Positions 44,171 through 60,464 of a DNA stretch of 64,000 bases are shown here, in pieces (position 1 is the first letter of the stretch; each line of letters starts with the position of its first letter). A program made the translations under genes and the position numbers. Under the pieces are notes generated by a model. The model was given only the letters and a program-made list of their open reading frames with translations, searched no databases and was not told the origin of the DNA. Source of the DNA: the human T2T-CHM13v2.0 reference genome, Homo sapiens; the NCBI RefSeq assembly GCF_009914755.1, contig NC_060942.1; one strand, given 5' to 3'.

Positions 44171-44899
44171 GTTGGCATAAACATGAATGTAAGAGTAATA
44201 TATATTTTCAGTATATGTTGGTTGTATTGAATATATTAGTTGTTAATTAAAAATAGCAAGTGTTGTCCATTTTAGATTTTTCTCAGGCAAATAGCACCAA
44301 ATAAATCAAATTTCTTTTCATATGTAGCTCTTACTTTATTTTTTTCAATGGGTTCAGTAAATCTCAAAAGTGATTTTCTACCACATTGTTAGTCTGTTAG
44401 TGACCTACCCACGATAATTTTTAGTAATGAAAAAAATGATTCTCAACATATTTCCAGTTGTGTAAAAGATTATATACTCAATACTATATTTCTCAGAATG
44501 AAACTGAATCATATTTTCTCCATTTGGTCTACAGCTGAGGGTGCTGTTTTTCTCCTAATAATGTACTTAAGTGAAGGACTGAATAATGACCTTGTCATCC
44601 TAACTCTTTCTTTTGTTTTATTGATTTTTGCTTTCACTTTTGTTCTCTACCTATATTCTACCATTGTCCCGGAAAATTATCTAACATTTAAAAATAAAGG
44701 AGAATCATTCTGTATGACCTTTCAGTGTCATCCTAGAGTGTTTTACAACAAATCCACCCAAAAAATCTCTTGAGGAAGGTAACTTTGTTTGGCTTATTAT
44801 TTATTTGATTAGGGCTCAGATTCTGCAAAGTTTGATGCTAGAGCTTAGAAGATTGATATGTTGCAAATAATTTTTATTGGGTAAAAAAGATACCTCCAA

Positions 44900-45350
44900 A
44901 TACTGTGATTTTATTGCCTGGGAAGACATTGCCAGTTTTCAATCTATGTTTGCAATCTTATTTTTTCCCCCACTAACATATATCATTTTCTCACATCCTC
45001 CATCACATCAGCTTTGTCATAATGCTGATTCCTTCATTAAAGATCTAAGTACATCTTTGACTCATCTGTCTACTCACATGACAGTTAATTTTTTTTAAGT
45101 CCTGATATATTCAAGTTTAGCTCAAGTGACACCTCATTCAGGGGCCTTCGCGTATTACTTCTGCAACATTTATCTGGCTTTTCATGAGGTTTTTACAGTT
45201 GATTTAAATGAGTTACTATCTCCATATTTACAAACAGTGTACTATTTTGGAGACAGAACCTATGTTGTATATTTCCTCTATACTTCATTCTTAGCTATCC
45301 ATGAGAACAGAGACAAGCTCCTTAAAAGTGTATTGGATTGAATAGAATTG
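44900..45350 (+). mobile_element. Old L2 3' fragment
   Basis: ttcaagtttagctcaagtgacacctc..ggagacagaacctatgt..tattggattgaat. Confidence 0.5.
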
Positions 45351-46819
45351 TACTGAATCTGTCTCCATTGTCTTCAGCCTTAGGCTGCTAACAATTGCTG
45401 CGTGGAAAGAAGCTTTTGCTCGCCCAGAGTTTTAGTTATTCTAGATCTTTCCTATTGTTTCTTGGGAGTATTTATACTGGCTAGTGTTTGTTCTTATAGC
45501 GGTCCATCTCTGCCCAGTTTGGGAGCCTTTCCAGGAATCTCTTGGTAAGCAGAAGAACATACCTGAATCAGATAGCTCATGCTAGTAAAATATCATCCAG
45601 GTTCCACCCTGCAGTACTGGACTAAAGCTAAATGCATCATTCCATCCTCATCTATGAGTTTTATCCACACTAAGCTTGGCTGCCTGAGAATTATGTCTAT
45701 AAAATATAACATTTATGCCCTTCTTTTTTGTTTTCATATGCTGAAATTAATGTGTCATTGTGAAGATTCTAAACAGATGGGGAAAGGTCAAGGTTTCTTT
45801 GTTGCTAAGTGTGTTTCCATGGCTACAGCAATATGTGTGCATTATCACAAAGCATCATTTGTTTGGCTGCCAGTGGCTCATTAGAGGAAGGAGGAGCTCC
45901 ACCTTGATGGTTCTGGGTAGTTTATTTCTGTTTTACTTTTCTTCCTGTTATGAGAACCATAGTGATAGGTTGGAACACAAATAAACCTGGTGGCTGTAGG
46001 TGGAGAATACTCACAACAGGTCCACACTTGCATATAAATGACCCAAACAATTTAATTGGAACAGTAGAGTCCAGATTGAATAAGCTTTGAGTAAAATGAA
46101 GCAGTATCTAAACAACCATATATCGGGGTTCTGCTTGTCTTAGGGGCTCCAGTTTGTGTAGTATCTGCCCATCCTGTTCTACTTCCTGGTATTTTTTAAC
46201 CAGTATCCAGGGAATCCTTATCTCATTTTACCTGTTGTTTTTGTTCTGTCTCAGGTGATCTTGCTCTAAGGCATTTCTGGGACTGCAGCATAGAGCATGT
46301 GAAAGAGAATACTTCGGATCAGGCAGTATTAGGACTGGGAGAATTGACTAAGTTAACCCCTAAATACGTAGCCTGTAGTGCAAATGCTTGGATACAAATG
46401 TATGGCAAATTGAGATTTAATTCAAGCAGAATCCAAGATATTCTGATGGGGTAAAATATAGCAGTGAGTGTCTTTGAGCAGTAGGGATGCTGGAAGTCAA
46501 ACACATGTCAGGTTGTTGGTCTGGTTTTGAGCAGGGCCCTAGTCAGTAGCTGTAAATTTGTAGGAAGGGCACAGTTCCCAGAGACAGTTTACAAGACAGG
46601 GTTTAAAAGACCTTCTCCAAGGGAGACTGAATTTCAAATCAATGTTTTGACCCCAGGAAGCACATGAGATGGGACAGTGCCATGGATAGCATTTCAGACT
46701 TAATAGCAAAGGGAATTCCAGATTCCACTAGCCAGTGGATCCATGCTTGTGGATTTGCTGTCCACTTCAGCAAAGTGTTGCTCACCTTGACAAGGACTCA
46801 TTTTAGACCTATCATAGGC

Positions 46820-46960
46820 CTGGGATTTATTTGTTCTGTATTTCCAGCATCTAGCACTGGGGCTCTTTTATAGCAGGGTTCAGTGAACATTTGTCAGTGA
46901 ATGTTTGATCTGAGCAGGGTTCAGTGAACATTTGTCATTGAATGTGTGCCTGATGGATGA
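46820..46960 (+). mobile_element. L2 3' tail with a 41-bp tandem duplication
   Basis: ctgtatttccagcatctagcac..; agcagggttcagtgaacatttgtca starts at both 46872 and 46913. Confidence 0.7.
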
Positions 46961-47155
46961 AAGATTTGTACTTCTCCCTATGAGAGAGTAGAAGAGCCAT
47001 AAACTGAGAGCTTCTGTCACTTCTGCCAGGTGCACATCCTTGCTCCGTATCCTGGTCTCTCTTGAGGATTACTGATAGTTTCTAGAGTGTAATTCTGGAG
47101 TCACAAGAGGAGTATTAGAGTCACAAGAATGGGGCTATTCTCCTTTAGCTACCAC

Positions 47156-47560
47156 TGTCCCCCCCACTTTGTGGTGTTGTAACAAAATATCTGAGACTGG
47201 GTAATTTATAAATAACAGAAATGTATTCCTCACAGTTATGGAGGCTAAGAAGTCCAAGATCATGTTGCCAGTAGATTCAATATATGGTGAGGGCTGTTCT
47301 TTGCTTCCAAGATGGCACCTTGTTGTTGTATCCTCACATGGCAGAAGGCTCCTCACATGGCAGAAGCAGAAGGGCAAAAGGCTAAAAGGAGCTAGCTAGT
47401 TCCCTTGAGCCATTTTATAAAGTCACTAATCCATTTATGAGGATAGAGGCCTCATGACTTAATCACCTTCCAAGGCCCCACCTCTTAATATTATTGACTT
47501 GGAGATTAAGTTTCTATCATATGAGTCTTTGGAGGGACACGTCCATTTCAAACCATAGCA
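47156..47560 (-). mobile_element. MST (C/D-like) MaLR solo LTR
   Basis: gagactgggtaatttataa..aagtccaagatca..cttccaagatggcacc..ttcaaaccatagca; TSD accac. Confidence 0.88.
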
Positions 47561-48480
47561 ACCACTAATACTGCATGATGTAGGATGGGTGTCTGTCTTC
47601 TCTGGGCCTCAGTCTCCTCATTGGTCCAATTCAGGGTTAGGCTTAATGGTCAGCCTTCCATGCTTAATTACTCTAATGATGATCTTTTCCATGTATGCTG
47701 AAGCATAAACAGCATAAAATTGCTTAATATCAGAATTTCTAAATGAAATAAGTTTTTCCCCCAAGATGGTGAATTAGAGGCTTTTAATATGCCTCAGCCA
47801 CTTGGAAATAGCAAGACAGTGTGTAAAGATAAACTTTGCGAGATTTGATTAAAGAAGGAAAATGGGAATCCATTGGAATCCTGAAGGACACCCCAGATCC
47901 TGGGAAGGAGAATGCAGGCAAACAGCCCCAGTGATGGTATCTGGCTGATAAAAGTGAGTGAACTCTCTGTGTGTGAGAGTTAGAGAGCCTCTTTGTGTGA
48001 CTCAGCTTTCCACTGGGGATCTGAGCAACTTAGGTTGAGGGATACCATGGTGTTTCTGCCAAGCCCTGAAACTAACTTGGGGAGTGGCTTGGAAATGTTG
48101 TAGGAGAAAGACACTGGGAAAAACTTCAGGCATGTTCCCAGGTCTGGGAACAAGAGCAGGACAGCATTTTAAATCTGGGCACATACAAAGTCAGCCATTC
48201 TTTGGTGATCTGGAAGCATGGCTATGCATGAATTTTAGTCTTGGGCCAGAGATTAGAGCGCCTTCTCTGCATCAGGATAGGCACCTCCACAGCCAGAACT
48301 GTGGAAAGTACCTCACAGTAGACAGTGGAATTGTGCCCTCCCCTGTTGCAGGCCTGGGGTGATAGGAGAGCTACTACAGCTGCATTTTCTCCTGGATGAT
48401 GGGACTTGCAGCCAGGATCAGCTTGGCATCATGGAACTGGTCTGTGTGTGCCATTGCTGGGTGCCCCAGCCTGCTACCCT

Positions 48481-49110
48481 AAGATTGTGGCACAGTGGGG
48501 TCCTCTCTGCTTCACACCTAGGCATATCTCCAGGTATCCGGGTCACCCCCTCACCTGGATCAGCAGCATGAGCTTCCTCACTCTTCCTGTGCATAGATCA
48601 TGGTACAGTGAGGCTGTCTCCACTTCATGCTGAGGCAGATTCTAGACATTTGGAGCACCCACTCACCTGGATCAGTAGCCTAAACTGCCCCACCCTTCCT
48701 TTGCAGAGATCCTGGTACAAGAGGACCCTCTCTGCTTTATACCCAGGGAGAGCCCCAGGCATTCAGAACACCTGCTTGCCTGGTTCAGCAACCAAAGTCA
48801 CCCCACCCATACTGTGCAGAGATCTTGGAACAGGGGAGCCCTTTCCACTCCATGCCCAGGCAGATCTCCAGGCATTTGGAGCACTGGTCACCTGAAACAG
48901 CAGCCTGAGCAGGCCACGTTTTATTTGCAGAGATCCTGGTGTGGGGCTGGGGGAGGAAGCCCTCTCCACTCCATGCACAGCAGATTTTCAAGCACTTAGA
49001 GTACCTACTTTCCTGGATCAGAAGTTTAGGCTGTCCTCGATTCCTGTGCAGAGAACTTGGGGCCAAGGAGGCCTCTCAGCTTCACATCTAAGCACACCTC
49101 TGGGCACTTG
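48481..49110 (+). repeat. ~112-bp tandem array (about 6 units) in the L1 5' UTR
   Basis: Unit heads (c)agagatc(c/t)tgg recur near 48481, 48593, 48704, 48817, 48929 and 49049. Confidence 0.8.
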
Positions 49111-49469
49111 GTGGCTACCTGCTGGATTCTCCCTTGGTGCTGGTGCTTGTGCCTGCCATTGGTGGACTGGCAGATAGACCTGTCCAGTCCAGCCTTGACC
49201 ATCTTGTCCCCTACCCCTCTAGGGCTGAAGAGGGAGCTCTGACCACAGTGCACCTCATGAATCAGCCCATTCCCTGAGATAACAGAGAGCTTCTGCCAGT
49301 AAACAAGGATTAAGTAAATACCCAGCTGCTTTGGCAACACTTGACTCTTACCCACAAGCTCCATCTTCTGGCTTGTAGGTCCAACTGCACAGCCCAATAT
49401 AAACCTGCTGACATTCATAGGGCTATAGAAGAGAAGCCAAAAGACCCACCCACCCAGCATTCTCTAATG

Positions 49470-50149
49470 CAGCAGTCCCCACCCTTTTTGGCACCAGGGA
49501 CCAGTTTTGTGGAAGAAAAATTTTTCTAAGGATGGTGGCAGGGGAGGGGAGATGGTTTCAGGGTAAAACTGTTCTACCTCAGATCATCTGGCATTAGTTA
49601 GATTCTCATAAGGAGTGCACAGCCTAAATCCCTCGCGTGTACAGTTCACAATAGGGTTTGTGCTCCTATGAGAATCTAATGCCAGCCGGGCGCGGTGGCT
49701 CACACCTGTAACCCCAGCACTTTGGGACTTTGGGAGGTCGAGGCGGGCGGATCACAAGGTAAGGAAATCGAGACCATCCTGGCTAACATGGTGAAACCCC
49801 ATCTCTGCTAAAAATACAAAAAATTAACCAGGCGTGGTGGCGGGTGCCTGTAGTCCCAGCTACTCGGGAGGCTGCGGCATGAGAATGGCGTGAACCTGTG
49901 AACTTGGGAGGCACAGCTTGCAGTGAGCCGAGATTGCGCCACTGCACTCCAGCCTGGGCTACAGAGCGAGACTCCGTCTCAAAAAAAAAAAAAAAAAAAA
50001 AAAAGAATCTAATGCCACTGCTGATCTGCAGGGGGTGGAGCTCAGGCAGTAATGCTTGCTCCCCAGCAGCTCACTTCCTGCTGTGCCCCCTGGTTCCTAA
50101 TGGACCATGGACAAGGACCAGTCTTCGGGCCAGGGGCTAGGGATCCTTG
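49470..50149 (+). mobile_element. MER1B (hAT-Charlie) interrupted by AluY
   Basis: cagcagtccccaccctttttggcaccagggacc..ttagattctcataaggagtgc; 8-bp TSD ctctaatg/ctctaaag. Confidence 0.9.
49685..50003 (+). mobile_element. AluY
   Basis: Y diagnostics, many CpGs retained; 14-bp TSD agaatctaatgcca at 49671 and 50004. Confidence 0.95.
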
Positions 50150-52942
50150 CTCTAAAGTCGTATCCTCTGGTGGGGAGGGGGGAATGGGAAAAGGAAATAA
50201 GAAAAAATAATATTATAGGGAAAGAAAGAAAAAGGAAAAAGTCCTACCTAGACAAAAATAATTACAAAACTTAGAAATGCCAGCATCTCCAGATGAGGAG
50301 CTAGCACAAAAATTCTGGAACTATGAAAAATCTTAATGTAGTGACAACCCTGAAGGATCACGCTAGTTCTCCAGCAATAATACATAACCAAAACAGAAAC
50401 TCGGACATAACAGATAAAGAATGCAAAGAATGGATTGCAAGGAAGCTCAATGAGATCAACAACAAGGTTGAAAATCAACACAAAGAAACTTCTAAAGCAC
50501 TCCAGGAAATGAAGAGATAAACATCTTCAAAAAACTTAATCAGAGCTTCTGGAATTGAAAAATTCAGGGAATTTTAAAATAGAATTGAAAGCTTTATTAA
50601 TAGACTGGACAAAGAAGAAGAAAGAATTTGAGAACTTGAAGACCAGTCTTTTGAACTAACCCAGACAGACAAAAATAAAGGAAAAAGAATTTAAAAAAAT
50701 AAAGTCTTTGAGAAATATAGGATCATGTAAAGTGACCAAACATATAAATTATTGACATTCCTGAGAGAAATGGAGAAAAGGGAAACAATCTGAAGAACAT
50801 ATTTGAAGGAATAATTCAAGAAAATTTCCCTAATCTTGCTAGAGAGGTAAATACCCAGATACAAGAAATCCAGAGTAAATATGTGAGATACCATACAAAA
50901 TGAGCATCATCGAGGCATATAGTCATCAGACTGTCCAAAGTCAACATTAAAGAAAAAAATCTTAAAGACAGCTAGAGAAAAAGGTTGGACCACTTACAAA
51001 GGGAACCTCATCAGGCTAACAGTGGATTTCTCAAAAGAAACCTTAGAAGCCAGGAGAGATTGGGGTCCATTTTCAGCATTCTTAAAGAAACTCCAAACAA
51101 GTATTTCATACCCTGCCAAACTAGGATTCATAAGCAAAGGAGAAATAAAAGTTCATGCAGACAAGCAAGTGCTAATGGAATTCATTACCACTAGATCAAC
51201 CTTACATGAGATCCTTTAGGGAGTTCTAAAAATAGAAGTGAAAGAATGATACCTGCTACCACAAAAACACCCTTAAATGCATAGCCCACAGACCTTATAA
51301 AGCAACCACACAATAGAAAATAAAAAGCAACCAGCTAACAACTTCACAATAGGATCAAAACCTAATATATCAATATTAACTATGAATGTAAATGGTTTAA
51401 ATACCCCACTTAAAAGGCATAGAGTGGCAAGGTGGATTAAAAACAAAGCTCATCCATCTACTGTTTCCAAGAGATCCATCTCACACATAACAATCATAGG
51501 CTCAAAGTAAAGGGTTGGAGAAAGATCTATCACACAAATGGAAAACAGAAAAGAACAGAGGTCACTATACTTGCATTAGGTAAAACAAACATTAAACCTG
51601 TAATAGTGAAGAAAGACAAAGAAAGGCATTACATAATGATAAAGGGTCCAATTCAACAAGAAGACTAAACTATCCTAAATATATATACCCAACATTGGAG
51701 CATCCAGATTCATAAAACAAGTATGTCTGGACCTGTGAAAAGACTTAGACATGTACATTATTAATAGTAGTGAGGGACTTCAATACCCCACTGGTAGCAT
51801 TAGACAGATCATCGAGGCAGAAAACTAACAAATTTTGGACTTATAGAAATCAAAACCAAGAAGATCTCTCAAAACAACAAAATTACATAAAAATTAAAGT
51901 ACTTGCTCCTGAGTGACTTTTGGATAAACAATGAAATTAAGAAAGAAAACAAAAAATTATTTGAAATAAATGAAAATAGAAACACAACATACCAACACCT
52001 CTGAGATGCAGCAAAAACAGTCTTAAAAGGAAAGTTTATAGCAATAAATGCCTACCTCAAATAGTTAGAAAGATCTCAAATTAGAAATCTAACTTGATAC
52101 CTAGAGGAACTAGAAAAATAAGACCAAACTAACCCCAAAACAAGCAGAAGAAAGTAAATAACTAAATCAGAGCAGAACTGAATGAAATTGAGACCCCAAA
52201 ATTTATACAAATACTCAGCAAAACCAAAAGTTGGTTTCTTGAAAGGATAAAACAAGGTCAGTAGACCACCAGCTAGATTAACAGGAAAAAAAGAGATGAG
52301 ATCTAAATAAGCACAATCAGAAATGACAAAGATGACATTACAACCAACCCCACAAAAGTGCAAATAATCCTCAGAGACTATTATGAACACTTTTGTGCAC
52401 ACAAACTAGAAAATCTATAGAAAATGAATAAATTCCTGGAAACTCATAATCTCTCAAAATGAAATCAGGAAGAAATTGAAACCCTGAACAGACCAATATT
52501 GAGTTGCAAAATCGAATCTATAATAAGAAACCTACCAAAACAAACAAATAAGCAAACAAACAAACAAAAGCCCTGGACCAGATGGATTCACAGCTGATTC
52601 CTACTAGACATACAAAGAAGAGTTGGTACCAATTCTACTGAAACTATTCCAAAAAATTGAGTAGAAAAGACTCTTCTCTACCTTATTCTATGAAGTCAGC
52701 TCACCCTGATACCAAAATCTGGCAAATATACATGAAAAAAGAAACCTACAGGTCAATAGACTTCATGAACATAGATGCAAAAATCTTCAACAAAATACTA
52801 GCGAAGTGAATCCAGCAACACATCAAAAAGTTAATTCACCATGATCAAGTAGGCTTGATTGTTGAGATGCAAGATTGGTTCAACATATGCAAATCAACAA
52901 ATGTGATTCATCACATAAACTAAATTAGAAACATAAACCATA

Positions 52943-53646
52943 TGTATTAGTTTGTTTTTGCACTGTGGTAAAGAACTACCTGAGGCCGGGTGCAGTGGCT
53001 CATGCCTGTAATCCTAACACTTTGGGAGATTAACACGGGTGGATCACCTGAGGTAAGGTGTTCGAGACCAGCCTGGCCAATGTGGTGAAACCCCGTGTTT
53101 ACTGAAAATACAAAAATTAGCCAGGAGTAGTGGTGCATGCCTGTAATCCCAGCTACTCAAGAGGCTGAGGCAGGAGAATTGCTGAAACTCAGGAGGCAGA
53201 GGTTGAAGTAAGCCAAGATTGCACCACTGTACCCCAGCCAGGGTAACACAGCAAGACTCTGTCTCAAAAAAAAAAAAAAAAAAAAATCTACTTGGGACTG
53301 AGACTAGGTAATTTATGAAGAAAAGAGGTTTAATTGTCTCATGGTTTCATAGGCTGTACAGAATGCATGGCTGGGGAGGCCTCAGGAAACTTTCAATTAT
53401 GGTGGAAGGTGAAGGTTGGAAGTAGCCGCATATTACATGGCTGGAACAGGAGAAAGAGAGAGAGGGTGGGGGAAGTGCTATACATTTAAACACCGGATCT
53501 CATGAGAGCTCTATCATGAGAACAGCACTAAACAAGGAAATCTGCCCTCATGATCTAAAATCATCTCCCAGCAGGCCCCACCTCCAACATTGAGGATTAC
53601 AATTTGACATGAGATTTGGGTAGGAACAAAAATTCAAACTATATCA
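52943..53646 (-). mobile_element. MSTA solo LTR inside L1 ORF2, interrupted by an Alu
   Basis: tgtattagt..ggctgtacag..gcatggctggggaggcctcaggaaact..aaactatatca; TSD ccata. Confidence 0.9.
52984..53286 (+). mobile_element. AluSx-like
   Basis: Full dimer with ggatcacctgagg; poly-A. Confidence 0.95.
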
Positions 53647-56003
53647 CCATATGATCATCTCAATCAACACAGAAAAATCTTTTGATTAAATCCAACATCC
53701 CTTCATGATAAAAACCCTCAAGAAACTAGGCATTGGAGGAACATCCCTCAGAATAATAAGAGCCATTTATGACAAACCCACAGCCAATATCATACTGAAT
53801 GGGTAAAAACTGAAAGCATTCTCTTTGAGAACTGGAACAAGACAAGGATGCCCATTCTCACCACTCATACTCAACATACTACAGGAAGTACTATGACTGA
53901 CTAGAAGGAATCAGACTAGAGAAAGAAATGAAAGGATCCAAATAAAAAAAGAAGTCAAACAATCTCTCTTCACTGACAATATGATTCTATATCTAGAAAA
54001 TCCTAAAGAGTCCTGCAGAAGTCTCCTGGAAATGATATATGACTTCAGGAAAGTTTCAAGATGCAAAATCAATGTACAAAAATCAGTAATATTTCTATGC
54101 AGCAATAATGCTCAAGCTGAGAGCCAAATCAAGACTGCAATTTTATTTACAATACTCACAAAATATAAAATATCTAGGAATACATCTAAGGAGGTGAAAA
54201 ATCTCCACAAGGAGAACTACAAAACCGTGCTGGAAGAAATCATCGATAACACAGACAAATGGAAAAATATTCCATGATCATGGATCAGAAGAATCAGTAT
54301 TGTTAAAATCACCATCTGCCCAAAGCAATCAACACATTCAACACATTCCTATTAAACTACCAATGTCATTTTTCACAGAATTAGAAAAAACTAAAATTCA
54401 TGTGGAACCAAAAAGAGTCTGAATAGTCATAGCAATTCTAAGCAAAAAGAACAAAGCCAGAGGTATCGTATTAACTGCCTTCAAGCTATAGCATAAAACT
54501 AGAATAACTAAAACAGCATGGTACTGGTACGAAACAGACACATAGACCAAAGGAACAGAATAGAGAACACAGAAATAAAGCTGCACACCTACAGCCATCT
54601 GATCTTCGACAAAGTCAACAAAAATAAGCAAAAGGACTCCCTATTCAACGAATGGTGATGGGATAATTGGTTGGCTCTGTGCAGTAGAGTGAAACTGAAC
54701 CCCTACCTTTCACTGTATACAAAAATTAACTCAGGATGGATTAAAGATTTAAATTTAATAGCTCAAACTATAAGAATCCTTGAAAAAAACACTAGAAAAA
54801 AAAACATTCTGGACATCAGCCTAGGGAAAGAATTTATGACTAAATCCCCAGAGGCAGTTACAACAAAAACAAACATTGACAAATAGGACCTAACTAAACT
54901 AAAGAGTTTCTGCACTACAAAAGAAACTATCAGCAGAGTAAACAGACCACCTATAGAATGGGAGAAAATATTCACAAACGATGCACCCAACAAAGGTCTA
55001 ATTTCCAGAATATATAAGTAACTTAAACAATCAAACAAGCAAAAACCATTAAAAATGGGCAAAGACATGAACAGATACTTCTCAAAAGAAGCCATACAGA
55101 TGGCTAACAAACATATGAAAAAATATCCAATATCACTAATCATTGAATTAATGCAAGTCAAAATTAAAATGAAATACCACCTCGCACAAATTAGAATGGC
55201 TATTATTAAAAAGGCCACACACAACAGATGCTGGAGAGGCTGTGGAGAAAATGGAATGCTTATACACTGTTGGTGGGAATGTAAATTATTTCAGCTACTG
55301 TGGAAAGCAGTTTGGAGATTTCTCAAGGAGCTTAAAACAGAACTACAATTCAACCCAGCAATCCCATTACTGGTAGTACATCCAAAAGAAAGTACATTGT
55401 TATACCAAAAAGACACATGCACTCATATGTTGGTCACAGGAATCTTCATAATAGTGAAGACATGGAATCAACCTATGTGCTCATCAACAGTAGACTGGAT
55501 AAAGAAAATGTGGTACATATACAACATGAAACACTATGCTTTTATAAAAAGAACAAAGTCATTTCCTTTACAACAACATGGATGCAGCTGAAGGCCATTA
55601 TCCTAAGCAAATTAACGCAGGAACAGAAAACCAATTACTTCATGGTCTCACTTATAAGTGAGCTAAACATTGTGTACTCTTGTATGTAAAGATGATAACA
55701 ATAGACACTGATGACCATTAGATCAGGAAGGAAGGATGGTAAGGGTTGAAAAACTATTGTGTACCATGCTTGGTACCTGAGTGATGGGATCCTTCATACC
55801 CCAGACCTCAGTTACACACAATATACCAAGGTAACAAACCTGCACATGTACCCCCAGTATCTAAAAGTTGAAGTTATAAAAACAAAATGAATGTTTCCAA
55901 TCACCTACTCAGGTTTTTATACCATCTGTAAAACTCTTGGATGCATGTAAAGGCAATTTTGCCCACTTTCTAAATTATTATTTTAAACTGTTAATTTATT
56001 TTC

Positions 56004-58364
<2,361 letters not shown>

Positions 58365-58377
58365 TATTTTCAACTAA

Positions 58378-58488
58378 TAGTATAACAACTATTCCAGTTT
58401 GCCTAGGATTGAGGGGATTTCCCAGGACATGGGACTTTCAGTGCCCAAACTAGAAAATTCTGGGCACACTGAGATTGTAGCCACACTA
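58378..58488 (+). mobile_element. MER81-like hAT-Blackjack MITE
   Basis: ccagtttgcctaggattgaggggatttcccaggacatgggactttcagtgc. Confidence 0.75.
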
Positions 58489-58503
58489 GGTAACAATGCA
58501 TGC

Positions 58504-58878
58504 TGTGGCAGAGATGGCTCATGTCCCCCACACATTGTACCACATTCTTTTCCCAGACTCCCTTGTATCTAAGTGTGACCATGTGGCTGGTTCTTGTCAA
58601 TGGCTATGATGTGAGCCGTTATGGAGAAGCAAGCTCTTCTTTTTCTTTGTGACCTGGACGTCAACACCCAAGGCAGTCTTGGAAATAGCATGTATTGAAG
58701 ATGTCAGAGCCTCTGTGGACCCACGTTTGTGAGTGACTGCCTGTGGCCAAGGACCTCATCATCTGCCCTACCACCATCATCATGGGGCTTCGCAAAAACA
58801 AGAAACAAGCTTTTATTGGGTTAAACCACTGATATGTCAACAGATGTTTCAACAGTTGGTGCTGTCATAATTAATACA
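58504..58878 (+). mobile_element. MLT1H/I/J-like solo LTR
   Basis: tgtggcaga..tttcccagactcccttg..gaccatgtggctggttct..gaagatgtcagagcc..aattaataca. Confidence 0.75.
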
Positions 58879-59039
58879 TGTATCCATCCTTTTAATCCAT
58901 ATTTTTACTATTTTGATTTTATATTATTAAAAGACAGGGAGTTTCAACATAAAAAAATGAACTAAGTTTATATTAGTTAATAAATTCAATTGATACTATG
59001 AAAGAACTTCACCTCCATCTGAGAGATGAGAAAAGTATG

Positions 59040-59580
59040 TCTGTTCACCCCATTTCTCCTACCTATTTTAGTCTGGGTCATCACCATTTTAGTCCTGGTT
59101 TATTTTCACAGCTGAAGTCTTCTCTATGTCGGTACAGCCAACTTACTGCTTCCAGAAGTATTCTTCTGAACACTACCATTTATCTGCTTAGAATATTTTA
59201 TTCTGTATCCTATCACCCACAGGATAAAGAATAAACTCGTTAGTTTCTGTTGAAAGCAATGTACAAGCCATCTGTATTTTTCACTACCACCAATAAAACA
59301 TATTGGCTAGCTCTTTGCACTCCCCTAAACTGGCTATTTTTCCTCCCTGCAGATTACATGTCCTCATACAAGTTGGTGCTTTGGTCTGCGATGTGATCTA
59401 CATCTTCATGTCATGTGACTAACATTTTTCTCATGGACTGACTCTCCAGCAACACCCTGGGCACACTTCTCTCATGGGATATGCCACATTACATTGAGCT
59501 TGTTTACCTATAGGGGCAGAACCTATATCATATTCTTCTTGGTTATTCAGTTCTGGGCATATATATTTGATTGAACTGAA
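59040..59580 (+). mobile_element. Old L2 3' fragment
   Basis: caccattttagtcctgg..caggataaa..ggggcagaacctat..atatttgattgaactgaa. Confidence 0.55.
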
Positions 59581-59896
59581 CTTATAGTTCATGCTATTTC
59601 TCCCTTTGGAATCTTCTTAAGTCTCTCCTCCAGCCATTCCTCTCCCAACCCTGCTGTATTCTGTGACTGGTGAGCTACTTTTTATCTTTCAAGAACCTAC
59701 TTATACAACAACTCTTTTGTGAAACCTTACTTACCTCTCTTCTCCCATTTTACTTCGTTGCAAGCAGTTGGAGGGAAACGGCCAGGCTATTCACAATTGT
59801 GCCCCATGATCCAAGCCCAGTCTCAATGTATGCTTGTGTGATAAATGTTATTAACTTTCATTTCTAGGGCCCTCTAAATTTTATAAAATTCATTTA

Positions 59897-60464
<568 letters not shown>

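Larger units (their letters stand above)
47755..55885 (+). mobile_element. Near full-length decayed L1 (L1PA17/L1PB4-like)
   Basis: 5' UTR starts caagatgg; ORF1 from ~50293; ORF2 from ~51350 (NISILTMNVNGLN); C-terminal CWRGCGE..HCWWEC in ORF 55055-55591; 3' UTR ending aacaaacctgcacatgtacccc..aaagttgaa; many stops and frameshifts. Confidence 0.92.

Noticed and set aside
45600-45630. cctgcagtactgg resembles my recollection of the 3' end of the human intronic HH9 hammerhead
   Set aside because: No CTGATGA/GAAA core nearby; a short chance match
48481-49110. Regularly spaced repeats as a CRISPR-like array
   Set aside because: Whole units are homologous (no unique spacers) and lie within an L1 5' UTR in a primate genome
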